DNA of 63,360 nt, counting the filler, from Licmophora abbreviata (taxonomy: Eukaryota): assembly GCA_900291995.1 (NCBI GenBank). It is 4 parts of 4 records of this genome, joined end to end, with 100 filler letters (N's around TTAATTAATTAA, not from the genome) between each part and the next. Parts side by side here need not be neighbours in the genome. Positions count along the whole stretch, not along the records: positions 35,459 to 51,969 come from OLMU01002430.1; positions 52,070 to 63,360 come from OLMU01002432.1; 2 more parts are not named here. One strand, written 5' to 3'. The notes under the pieces are model-generated. The model made no database searches, was not told the origin of the DNA, and worked only from the letters and a program-made list of their open reading frames with translations. The translations under genes were made by a program, and so were the position numbers. The first letter of the stretch is position 1. Each line of letters opens with the position of its first letter. Positions 45,419 through 56,298 of the stretch are shown piece after piece.

Positions 45419-46333
45419 TTACTTTGCCGCTGCTGCTTGAAGCAACAGTTTTCGGTATCTCCCGAGAGACGCCCGGCGTTCCTCCATGCTCATGTCGTCT
45501 CCATCCTCGTCTCCGTCAAAAATCAGCGTCAAGCCACCCTTGAGCTTCTTGGATCGTGCTTGCCCCTCAGTAGAGGCTCCATTGTCAGATGGATTTGCAG
45601 TAGTACCGGTGCTTCCAGAAAGTGACAAGGAGATGGGGGCATTCGTAGTGGATAGCTGATGGCCGCCGTGCAACGCAGTACTGCTAAACGTCCCGCCGCT
45701 GCCCATGGACAAGCTGGACGCCACTGGAAGGTCAGCACTCCCCACCTTTGGCTGCGGAATCAAATCAGACGCTGGAGGTGGTGGCAGTCCTCCTCCCACT
45801 GAGAGGGGAGGAGGAGGAAGACCCGGTGGCAAGGGCGGTACTCCTGGAATCCCACCATATCCCGGCGGCGGAAGAGGAGGCAATCCGGGCACTCCGGGTG
45901 GAAAGGCCCCTGGCGGTGGGGGTGGAGGAGGAGGCAGTGGAGGTGGAAGATCCTGTGGTTCGGCCATGAAACAGTCGTCGTCGACATTAAAGTGATTGTA
46001 GCCATGTGCCGACACGAGACTGAATGCTGCACGGCATGCCGCATCAATCGCTGCGTCTCTCGACTTGCCTCGCCCCCATCCCAGATCACTGCCCGCGACG
46101 CGTGTACTAAAGACAAAGGGCTTTTCGGGAGACATTCCTTTGAAACAGCGAACATAGGCGGCATCGATCATGCGATGAGACTTGGTGTACTTGACGAAAG
46201 CCTCCATGGCAGGAAACATACGTTCGGGGCGGTACTTCTTGACGAGGTATCGTTCTTCTTGTTGTTTTTGTTTCTTGTGTTGATGTTGATCATGACCTCC
46301 CTCAGAGGGAGAACTCCGTTTCTTGCGGCCCAT
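45419..46333 (-). CDS. dsRBD-like, proline-rich protein with C-terminal BuGZ/SUF4-type GLEBS-like motif
   Basis: NLS-like N-terminus; FVFSTRV...GWGRGKSRDAAIDAACRAAF (dsRBD beta2-beta3-alpha2); poly-Pro; LTLIFDGDEDGDDMSMEERRASLGRY. Confidence 0.8.
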   Translation of the reverse strand: MGRKKRSSPSEGGHDQHQHKKQKQQEERYLVKKYRPERMFPAMEAFVKYTKSHRMIDAAYVRCFKGMSPEKPFVFSTRVAGSDLGWGRGKSRDAAIDAACRAAFSLVSAHGYNHFNVDDDCFMAEPQDLPPPLPPPPPPPPGAFPPGVPGLPPLPPPGYGGIPGVPPLPPGLPPPPLSVGGGLPPPPASDLIPQPKVGSADLPVASSLSMGSGGTFSSTALHGGHQLSTTNAPISLSLSGSTGTTANPSDNGASTEGQARSKKLKGGLTLIFDGDEDGDDMSMEERRASLGRYRKLLLQAAAAK

Positions 46334-46747
46334 GGGTGAGATTGACGCTGCGTATAGTATGTAGAAGCAGAACGTAATCAGGAGAACGGAGAGGTGCTCG
46401 TCGTCGTCATGCTGTACAAGTTTTGCTGTTTCCTGTGGTTCGTCGTTCAGCGCGCGTTTTCTTCGTAGGCGGTCTGTTTGAAGGGAGACAGGCGGACAGA
46501 CGCCAATAGAGATGCATATTTCCTGTAGGATCAGTATTGTTTCTACGGCGGTACAGATTCAACGGCAGCTGCGCCTGACACGTATCATCGCTGAATCCAT
46601 CGCCGAAATGACCCGCACAGGCGCGCAGTGTGGCCTTCGGCTTCACAATTTTTCAGGCATCGACGACCGACACAGTGCTGAACACGGGCCGCTGTTTCTG
46701 CCTTTCGAATCTTTCTTTCTAACTTCTTTCACGAGAATACTCTCACC

Positions 46748-47540
46748 ATGTCGTCGAAACATCGTTTGACAAGGTCCTTTCGTACGCTTTCGGCGCTGTT
46801 GTACGTGGTGAGTAACATCCATCCTGCTGCCTCTGTTTGCGAACAAACACAAGATCCACAATTCGCGCGCCGCAATGTTGGCATTCGTGTCTGTTGGTGT
46901 ATATACTTTCAATACACTTATGGTGTGCGCTGGGCGCTCCTCATTTTACTATATTGGAAGCGTTATTCGCTTTATATAGTTTTTACGACACATATACACT
47001 ATCGACCAAAGTCGAAAGCCAGCCCGCCTATCCATCCGCTTCCGAATTCCCCGCAATGCCAGTCGCTGCTGAACCTGAACCGACCATGGCGGAACTTCGT
47101 TTGACTCACCCGCTTGTTCTCGCCGCTGTCTTGCCTAACTACAGCTGAGCGTGGCGGTGTCTATTCACTTCGCTGCCAAGCCGCGTTACCTGGACATTCT
47201 GGTGGGCTGCATCGTCGCCATTGGCTCCCTCGTCATGCTCTGTGTCTCCATCGAAGCTCCTCCTCCCGTAATCTCGCGCTTGGAATCCAGTCGCTTCGGA
47301 GAACACCTCTTTACCTTCCGCGGGCGCTACATGGTCGACCTCTTCATTGCCCTCTTCCTCTTTGCCATGGGCTTTTGGGGGGTCCTTGTCGGTTTCTGCA
47401 CGCTTGGCCTCATTTTCGGAATTCGCTTTGTCGGCGTCAAGCAGCCCGAAGCTTTCAACGAAATCTTTCGTCAGAGTGATATTGAAAGCAATGGAGACAC
47501 ATACACGCTGGATGACAGTGAGGGACAAGGTGGACGATAA
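46748..47540 (+). CDS. Small Golgi-type membrane protein (COPI-associated/Tvp15-like); intron 46808-47144
   Basis: Phase-0 intron GTGAGT...CTAACTACAG; about 4 TM helices; LFTFRGRY..LFIALFLF resembles the COPI_assoc motif. Confidence 0.65.
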
Positions 47541-47846
47541 AGGCATCAGGAATGGGAGATTGCGATGTAGGGTCGATGGGCATAGCGTGCAATCGTTCCT
47601 CGTTCAGTGCAGTTTCTCTCGAGTCGACAAAAGTCTCTCAAGGTCGATGCGTTGCCTTTGGGGCTCAGTCGAGTCCATTGCGTGGTGATGGTAGTTTCTT
47701 TTTTGTACGAGCCAGTGGCGGCGTTAATGCAATAAAATGAATTCGTGTGTGTATACGGCAATATTGACAAGCCTTTCATCTTGTATGGAAGACTACTTGT
47801 TTCGTTCTAAATCTGCGCATGTGATATGGTTCTCTAGGCACAAAAG

Positions 47847-50800
47847 TTAAAACTCCTCATGAGCATTGTTTCCAACGACTGCCGACGCCGCGGCCTCGCA
47901 GGCGGCTCCCACACACGATGCCGTCGCTTCGACCAGCGATTCCGCCACCGTCGCGTTGGCTTCCGTTTCGTTCGCCTCCAGAGCCGCCAATCGAGCCTCT
48001 TCCGCCAAGAGCTCTTCCCACTGCTCGTCGTTGCCGAGGAATGTGTACATCAAAAAGGCAATCAGGCAAACGTTCGAGCGAGACCAAAGATGTCGCGGAA
48101 CGTCGTGCCTTCGAGACTCGCCTTGAGGATCTGGGGACAAAAGAAGAACTTCATTAGTCGGTCCAGCAAGAAGGAAGCGATGACATCCACCGCTAGGATC
48201 TTGAGGATAAAGTCGCGAAAGACTTCGTCTGGGAATGGTACGAGCTGAAAGTACTTGTTCAGGCCTGGCACCGTCTCGCTGGCAAACATAAACGTGAGGA
48301 TGAACGTCGCCAGTAGACTCCACAAGAGCGGTCGGTTTTCGGTCAGGCCTGTCATGAACGGGCGGCCTTGTAAGTTGACGACAAAGACTGTCACTTGTTG
48401 CACGTTGCTGACCAAAAACACGACCGTGTTAAGCAGTCCCGGCTTAAATACGCCATCAAGATCTACCTCATGATCGATAGGCAAATGCTTCTTGGAGCTC
48501 CAGACTGCAATCATCATGGTTGTCAGATGAATAGCAAATTGGCCGAGTAAACTGATGAAGAGCGCGGGATGAAAAATCGACGTCAATGGACGGACGGGGG
48601 ATAGCCTGTCAAGGGGTTTTGAACGAGATACAGACATGAAAGAAATCGAGCCCAACATTCCCATGGCTGTCATTTGAGTGTCCCCGTACTTGATACCATC
48701 GAGGTAGAGAACCGAAAGCGAGTACGAGCTGATCAGACAGTTGAGAGCCAGAATTTGGTACTGTCGATCAATAAAGCAAGGCGGGTGGGGTTAGATGTTT
48801 TGAGTCGTCACTCCAATCGGCACCAAAGCGCGAATCGGTCATACGGGACATACCATTTGGATACTCGAAACCAGTGTGCACCGCCCTTGTCGTACAATGT
48901 CAACACAGCTTCGAATGCTTGGCATCTTGCTCGTAAACGGCGCCGCGATACTTGCGTCTCCGAGTTTTACCATGGGCAGTTCACCAGAGTCCATGTCTTC
49001 AAGCTGGGCAACCATTGATGCTGCTGATCCTTCAATACTTCGGTTCTTCGTCATAGTTGCCTTGTTCTTCCTAGCCTCTTCCACTTCAGCTGCGTAGAAC
49101 TCTTTCATCGCCTGGAAAGTTCCAACTTCTTCCGCTCGGAGGTTCATCTTGCGCTGCTTTTCCGCGAGATCCGCACGTTTCTTTGCCTGCAGTTCAGAGC
49201 GCGACATCTTCGTCTTGTCCAGTGCATTCTTCTTGTCGTGTTTCTTCATAGCAACCTCCCGCGCTTTGATCTGGTAAAGTTGAACCAAGTCCTCTTTCTC
49301 AATAAGCTGCGGGTACTTGTCGGGGTCTACTCCCAGCTGACGAATCTTCCCCTTCAGAAGTATAACAGGCAAGTTGCGTATCGCCTGGAGGTGTTCTTTC
49401 GTAATGATGGCAGTAGGTTTGTTCGGGTCACTGTCATCGTCGTTTGTCTTCTTGATGCTATCTTCTCCACGGTCCACGTTGACGTCGCCAAAGCCCGAGA
49501 GTAGCGCTACTCCTACGTCTGCCTGTTTGAGCGCACCGACATCATTAGCACCGTCGCCACACATGAGACATAGCGATCCGACACCATGAAGACACTCAAT
49601 CACGGTTTCCTTTGCATCTGGTGTCATTCGGGCGAAGATCTTGAAGTACCCCAAAACATTCTTCGTTTCCTCGTCGTACTCAAACGCCGACGCAAGCCTC
49701 TTCCCGGTCGTCGCCAGGTCGTTCTCCTGTGAAAGCGCTGGTACCTCACTCGCTACAAAGTCGTCGATTTTAGACTCGTCATCGTAGCTCTGCCAGTACA
49801 TGTCTCCAGTGTCGTCCTCTTCGAGAATAAGGATCGGTTTGAACTCCCTTCCCGACTTGCTCTTTGACTTGTTCTTCGTGATGTTCGCTTGGCCCCGCTT
49901 GCGCTCCAAGAGCTCACGAAGTTCTTCGTTCGTCTCTTCGATCACGTCTTCGTCGTCCATCGAGCCTGAGACCAAGTCACAAATACCAACTTCTTTAGCC
50001 ACATGCGCCGCCGTGAGAAGCGCATCGCCAGTAACCATGGCAATGCTCATGCCGCCTTCCTTAAGCCTGCGAAGAACAGCAGCCGTATCCCTGCGAACAC
50101 GACATGTGAAGGCGATAAACCCAGCAAATGTAAGATCCGCCTCGCAGCTAGCCCGTGTCCCTTGGGCGCTCTCAACGTCGGTAGAGCTATCCAACTGCTT
50201 GTATGCCAAGGCAATCACGCGGTAACCTTCCTTGGACAGATGTTTCGACTTCTCATCATACCCATCTGGTTTCGAGGATAGGTGTCTTCCGATCGCCTCT
50301 GGGGACCCCTTTGCCACGGCAAAATGTCGGCCAGTCGACGAACGCACAACGCAGCTCATTCGTTGCAGTTTGGAACTAAAATGGTGACGCGTCAGAACCT
50401 CGATCTCTGAAATGGACGCGCCTGAACTGAGCGTTACTAGCTTGCCCGCTGGCTTTTTTTCAGTTGAAGGCGCAGGGATGGCGTGCCCGGTAGTCTCTGA
50501 GAGACCCCATCGCATGGCTCTTATGGCGGCGCTTTCCAGAGGATCGCCAGTCGTTTCACCTTCGATAAAGACTAGAGAATGACAGCCTGCCAACACGAGC
50601 GCGGCCTCTCCCGTCACTTTTGTCATAGCTGTGAGCAGTGTCTCGTCGTCCGCGTCCTCTTTCGCCTTGAGCTTCGGTGGTTCGCACACGCCTACAGCCA
50701 CAAGCTCGTCCGTCGTGAGCGTGCCCGTCTTGTCAAATAAGCACGAGTCCAACTTGCCTGCAATCGGGACTCGGAACGGTTCGGTACAAAAGACCTGCAT

Positions 50801-51969
50801 CTTCATGAGGGTCATGAGACTGTTATTGACGGCGAGCGCCATCTGCATCGGTAGCTCGGGCGGAATGACGCTGGTAATGATCAAGATACAATGCAACAGC
50901 AGCTCGTACTGACTGCGATTGTCGTCGTGCATGCCGTGGTAAAGAACGTAGGAGGAACTCGCAATAGCAAAGAAGAACAACAGCAACAACAGCAAGCCTG
51001 TCTCTTTCTCGTGACCCTTGACCTTTTCTTGTGACCCTTCAATCATGCGCACGAGCTTGCCCTGTGCGGATGAGAAACCCGTTCGAAGGACAAAGCACAA
51101 GCATCCTCCGTCCGGCGGAGGAGGGACATGACTGTACTGCTTCGTCGTCATTGCAATTTCATCCGATCCTTCTACGATGCCTCTACACTGCAGCATTTTC
51201 GTTCCAGCATACAGAATGTGCATTTTGTGGCGATGCTTCATACTCAAGGATTCCTCGCCATTCAGTTCGACCAGCCCCTCCTTCATCTGAGGAACTGACT
51301 CTCCCGTCAGACTGGCTTCATTGACCACAGTCGATCCCCGCAGCAGCAATCAAATCTGCTGGCACAATATCACCACCTTCGTCTTCAATCTTGTTATTCT
51401 CTTGGTGCGGCTTATGCCTTGTAAGAGATACAAGATCGCCAGGCAACAATTGAAAACTATCCGTTTCTTCCCACGCACCCATGCGATAGACCCATACCGA
51501 TCGCGCCTTGTTGCCCATGCCCCGCAAGGCCGACAAGCTCTTGATACGCGAAAAGACGACGGTACCTTCAAAGGTCAAAATCATGAAAAGTGTAAAGGCC
51601 GAGTACTGCCAATAGTCATCGAGCATCCACAATATGACACAAAACAACTGAAAGACGGTAAAGGGCGATAGCAACTGCGCTTTGTACATTTCACCGAATG
51701 TTGCCTGTTTCACTTGGAACGTGTTGGGGCCATATCGAATCTCTCCAGCGATAACTTGGTGGTCTGAGGAAAGTCCCTGCCAATCCGACAGCACTGAAAG
51801 CGGAAGGTCCGTCCGACAGCGAATCTTGGTCCAGATCTGTGCGTCTGTATCAAAGACATAGCGGCGTCTATGATACTCAAGCGTCATACCAAGCGTCGGA
51901 TAGTAAAGAATGGGAACAAGCACATGACGCCCTTTGCCTGGCACAATCCTGGCATGCGTCGGCAGATGC
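47847..51969 (-). CDS. ATP13A1: P5A-type ATPase (ATP13A1/Spf1), 5'-truncated by gap; intron 48761-48853; apparent frameshifts at ~51350 and ~48067-48070
   Basis: LTGESVP, P5A-specific PPELPMQM, DKTGTLT, KGSPE, MVTGD, MCGDGANDVGALK, KLGDASIAAPFTSK and GRCTL. Confidence 0.93.
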
Positions 51970-52069
51970 NNNNNNNNNNNNNNNNNNNNNNNNNNNNNNN
52001 NNNNNNNNNNNNNTTAATTAATTAANNNNNNNNNNNNNNNNNNNNNNNNNNNNNNNNNNNNNNNNNNNN
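51970..52069. other. Artificial scaffold spacer N44-TTAATTAATTAA-N44
   Basis: Same spacer as at 15581. Confidence 0.95.
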
Positions 52070-53332
52070 GCTACTGAGGATGCACGGCAGCTGTCGTCGC
52101 TACAACCATCGTGCGGCAGCTCGGACCATAGATCTGCAGGGCACCCAAAGTCGATGGAAGGGTGAGTTGCAAAGCCGAGGCTTGTCGGCAGATGACGGCA
52201 GTATACGACGACAACGACGAGAAGAAGAGAGAGATCCCAAACAAGCCAAAGAAGACCATGATTACTGCGTCAGTTTGGTGCAGCAGCGCGATCGAGAGGG
52301 ATATTGTGAGTGCATAAGAGTGGAGAGAGTGTACAATGCATGAACTGTCTCTTACTTACACTTCTTGTCATATCATCCTCTATAGTATGCGGACTCCTGA
52401 TGCCGGCTAGTGCTCGCAAGTCCTACTTTGCCATTCGCGCCTTCAATGTGGAACTGGCATCGGTCAAGGACGGCAGTGAGCGGCGACAAACCAAGGCGGT
52501 GGGAACGAACGAAGTGGGATCCACGCTGGCATTGAGAATGCGCATGCAGTGGTGGAGAGATGCCTTGGATCAACTCTATGACAGCTCTAAAAATGATCAT
52601 TCGGACGAATCGTCGCTGTCGCAAGAACAACACAAACGCTCTGAACCATCCGTGGCGGGATTTCTGGCCAGCTCGTCTGCCTCCTGTTGGAATAATCCTG
52701 TCGTACGAGCGCTCAATGATGCCGTTCGGGAGTCCAACTTGACGAGGCGTTTCTTGGAACGATTGTTGGACGCACGAGAGGCCGATCTGGATATTCAGCA
52801 AATGGCAACCATGGAAGACGCGATTCAGTATGCCGAGGATACCTATGCCAGTCTCCTCTATCTGTCCTTGGAATGTGCGGATGTTAGGAATGACGCAGCG
52901 GATACAGTGGCGACTCATGCGGGTGTGGGACTGGGACTGGTCATTGCACTTCGTTCCACGGCTCATCGTGCGGCCGCGGGGGAAATGTCCATCCCAGCCG
53001 ACACCGTTTCGACTTTAATTCCTTCCACCTATTTAGTTGGACGGGATGACCCAGACTTTGAGAAGATTCAGGGGCACGAAGAGGCGCTCAAAGAGGCTGT
53101 ACATCGCATGGCGTACGAGGCATCGCAGCGGCTGGCGCGGGCGCGTGAATTGCAAGGTGACCTGCCGAGTCCGGGCAAACCATGTCTGCTACCGGTCGTT
53201 CCTGCGATTCACTATCTGTCGCTTCTGAAGAATGCAAAGTACGATCTGTGGGATGCGGGTCGAGCTGCTGATACCAGTCGTCTGATTGTCATGGCACGGC
53301 TCACCAAATCATGGTTCTCTGGTAGATTCTAG
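52070..53332 (+). CDS. NDUFAF6: Complex I assembly factor NDUFAF6 (squalene/phytoene synthase fold); 5' end at or near gap; intron 52306-52385
   Basis: Spliced HDYCVSLVQQRDREGYLCGLL, AIRAFNVELA, MRMQWW, LLDARE.DL and YAEDTYASLLYL. Confidence 0.88.
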
Positions 53333-53751
53333 AGGATATATCATACGTAAAACTTGGTAGCCATGATGACTAAATCGAGATTTCACACTGAGGTCCGCAC
53401 ACATTTCAAGTCACTGTTTTTCCACACATGAAGTGCTAGTACCACTCGTTCAAGTCTTTTGTCGTTTTCTTCCACACAGTCGGCAAAAGCAGAGGCTCAC
53501 GCCGTGGCCAGATTGCAGTAGGGCGCTGTGGCACACAAGTTCAATATCTATGATGGTTCCGTCCTCGCATCCTTGTCATCGTGCACTCACGAAGACATCT
53601 CACACCTCAGTCACAGTGCTTAGAGATCCACGACATGAAACTCGGACAGCATCATGAAATGGATGCCCTGGCCGCCGGAACCGCTTGGAAGTCAGGATTC
53701 TCGTCTTGGACTCAACCACCCACGACAGATACTCGATTTACAACAATCTCT

Positions 53752-54942
53752 TTACATCATTTCGGCGCAACCCATGTGCCTCGCTAGCCCAGGCTTGGGC
53801 TTCCAGTCGGTCATATTCCATCCGCATCTAGCTAGCTCAGCTCGGCCAGTCTCCAAGTCACCCCCGGGGATGTTTTCAAGGCGATCCGCAAAGCACAGTG
53901 ATCCAGCTTGACCAGAAGATTGCAACACTTGTCGACATGCCTCTAGAAGCCTGGCCGGTACACCCTCATCCAGGTAAATCATGACGCCTTCGAACAAAAA
54001 GATGGTCCACCAGTTGCCGCCTTCGTTCTCTGATAATAAGTCTTCCAATGTGGTTTTTACTTGCTCCACATGATTGAGATTAACTTCATGGAATTCTGGA
54101 AGCATGGCATTATCATCCCCAACCAGTGATGCTTGCCGTTTCCGAAATCGTTTCGAGTGCAAAATATTCGATTTGGCCTCAATGACTTGCGGAAGATCCA
54201 GCTCCACCGCCTGGTCGATCACGCCTCGCACCCGGAGCTTTATCGATCGCACGTCGTAACCGGCCCCCAACGAAATCAGCCGAACTTTGATAGAGGTGTT
54301 GTTACTATAATTCCGTACGCGCGCGCTCAGTTCAGTCACAGCCTTGTCCAAGTAGGCAGTTCGTATTTCGACATTGGCATGGTGCAATCGAGGAAAGAAG
54401 CGGCGCAGCTTGGGGCCGACGAAGACACGAGAGAAGCGGGGCAACAAGTCATAGGCCAATCCCTGGTCGTAGACCGGTGAGGAACGATCGTTTCCAGACA
54501 ACGCCTTCCACCACAGACAAGCCAGTGATAATTTCGAGTCCGGGGGATGGAAGCCATCGAAAAAGTGTAGTATCGGCAACATTCGTTTTTGTATCACCCA
54601 GGCTCGTTTCCACGCTCTGGCAGGAGCGTCTGCAGGTGGACGGACACCGACTAGTCTCGCAGCCTCTTCTGGAGTAGGAATACTTGAGTTGCGTTCGCTT
54701 CCGTACTGACTACCTCGCGTTTCCGTGCGATCCAGTTTCTGGATTCGCTGCTCAACTACTGATGAAGGTCCGTTGCGTGGACCAAGGTCGTGAGCGCCGC
54801 CGTCGGCTCTATTTGGTGGATCTTTGGGTGCTAGGAAAGCATTTTGACCAATTCTATAGGCATGTCCCGTCATAAACGAGCGCGAGAGACATGCAGAGGT
54901 CGCAAGTGCGACCAGAGAAGCGAATGTTCGTGTTCGTACCAT
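53752..54942 (-). CDS. Leucine-carboxyl-methyltransferase (LCM) family SAM methyltransferase with signal/plastid-type presequence
   Basis: IRTAYLD, ISLGAGYDVR, ELDLPQV, LFEGVMIYL. N-terminus MVRTRTFASLVALATSACLSRS-F. Confidence 0.8.
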   Translation of the reverse strand: MVRTRTFASLVALATSACLSRSFMTGHAYRIGQNAFLAPKDPPNRADGGAHDLGPRNGPSSVVEQRIQKLDRTETRGSQYGSERNSSIPTPEEAARLVGVRPPADAPARAWKRAWVIQKRMLPILHFFDGFHPPDSKLSLACLWWKALSGNDRSSPVYDQGLAYDLLPRFSRVFVGPKLRRFFPRLHHANVEIRTAYLDKAVTELSARVRNYSNNTSIKVRLISLGAGYDVRSIKLRVRGVIDQAVELDLPQVIEAKSNILHSKRFRKRQASLVGDDNAMLPEFHEVNLNHVEQVKTTLEDLLSENEGGNWWTIFLFEGVMIYLDEGVPARLLEACRQVLQSSGQAGSLCFADRLENIPGGDLETGRAELARCGWNMTDWKPKPGLARHMGCAEMM

Positions 54943-55154
54943 GGTCGTGTTGTGATTTGTGATTTGTGGGACATTTTTTCGCTTTTGGGGATCTTGGATC
55001 TTTGAGCTCTTCTGAAAGATACCTACAGGGTTAGCTCGCATTATCGCGCATTTCAAACTGCATTTCGCGCGCTGATGATCGAGTTCGCTTCTCTCAAACT
55101 CATCCCAGTTTTCGATCTCTTCGACGATGACGGTTTACCGCCTGCATCAGTGTC

Positions 55155-56225
55155 ATGCAGCCCGTCTTTCACCATTCCTTTCGACGTTTGACTCTGCTTG
55201 CCGCCTTGCCCCTTTTTCCTTTGGCGCGCTCGCTAACGACTACTCGTACTTCGCCCAATAGAATGAGCAGCAAAAACAATTTCAAATCGACGAAGGACTT
55301 GTATCAGCAGTTCCGAAAGCACTCTGCATTGTTTGAAGAGACCTTTCGAACGGAATGGCTCCATCCAGACGCACGCGAACTCATTCATCGGATGCATCAG
55401 CAAGACAAAGATTTCAGTATTGCCAAGCTGTCTCCTTATATGAAAGAAGAAGTACCCGAAGTGTACTCGTTCGATTGTCTGAGTCCGCTCTTTCTCCAGC
55501 TCTTCAATGAAGAACTCGAGCACTTTTACAAAGCGTCTGCAGAACACGACATTCCTGTGCGACGACCTAACTCCATGAACAACTACGGTGTCATCATCAA
55601 TGAGATCGGGATGCGAGGGATCATTGACTCGTTGCAGCAGGACTTCATTTGGCCGATCGCGGAGAAACTGTTCACTCGTGAAGCCTCGCAGTTTGACGAT
55701 CACCATTCTTTCATTGTTCGATACCAGGCGAACGAGGATTTGGGACTGGATATGCATACGGATGACTCGGATGTGACTTATAATGTGTGTCTCGGTCACG
55801 ACTTTACCGGCGCGACGTTGCAGTTTTGTGGCAGTATTGGTGCTCCCAATCATCGACAACACTATCATACCTATCGTCATCAAATCGGTCGCGCGATCCT
55901 TCACTTGGGCAGTCGTCGCCATGGAGCCGACGACATTGAGTCGGGAACGAGGGTCAATCTGATCGTGTGGAATCATAATTGGGCATGGCGTGCGTCGCCC
56001 GAGTATAAGCGACGCATGAGTATACTATACGAAGCTGAAAATGGACCACCCGACAACGTGTGTTTGAGTTACACGCACGATCGCGACTATACAACTTACA
56101 AGGAGCTTCCCGCAAGTGTCAAGGGAAACTCACTCCATCCTTGGTGTCCTCCTCCAGGACGTGAATATGAAGGTTTTGAGGAACTCATGAATAGTGATAG
56201 AGGCTCAAACGCTAAGAATCTCTAA
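55155..56225 (+). CDS. OGFOD2: 2OG-Fe(II) oxygenase, OGFOD2/CP2-like
   Basis: RPNSMNNYG, HHSFIVRY, H-x-D (HTDDSDVT.NVCLG), distal His (HGA) and RVNLIVW. Confidence 0.88.
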   Translation: MQPVFHHSFRRLTLLAALPLFPLARSLTTTRTSPNRMSSKNNFKSTKDLYQQFRKHSALFEETFRTEWLHPDARELIHRMHQQDKDFSIAKLSPYMKEEVPEVYSFDCLSPLFLQLFNEELEHFYKASAEHDIPVRRPNSMNNYGVIINEIGMRGIIDSLQQDFIWPIAEKLFTREASQFDDHHSFIVRYQANEDLGLDMHTDDSDVTYNVCLGHDFTGATLQFCGSIGAPNHRQHYHTYRHQIGRAILHLGSRRHGADDIESGTRVNLIVWNHNWAWRASPEYKRRMSILYEAENGPPDNVCLSYTHDRDYTTYKELPASVKGNSLHPWCPPPGREYEGFEELMNSDRGSNAKNL

Positions 56226-56298
56226 CTGATATATTTTGAGAGGAAATAGCATTCGCAATCACCACAACAGGTACTGCTATACTCGCTTGTGTTTTACT

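Noticed and set aside
46808..47144. Long 337-nt intron as a possible snoRNA host or hidden exon
   Set aside because: I found no C/D or H/ACA boxes or convincing internal splice sites, and direct splicing already gives a sensible protein.
48062..48064. In-frame TGA in P5A-ATPase as a possible selenocysteine or readthrough codon
   Set aside because: The plausible C-terminal continuation is in a different frame, so an indel explains it rather than recoding.
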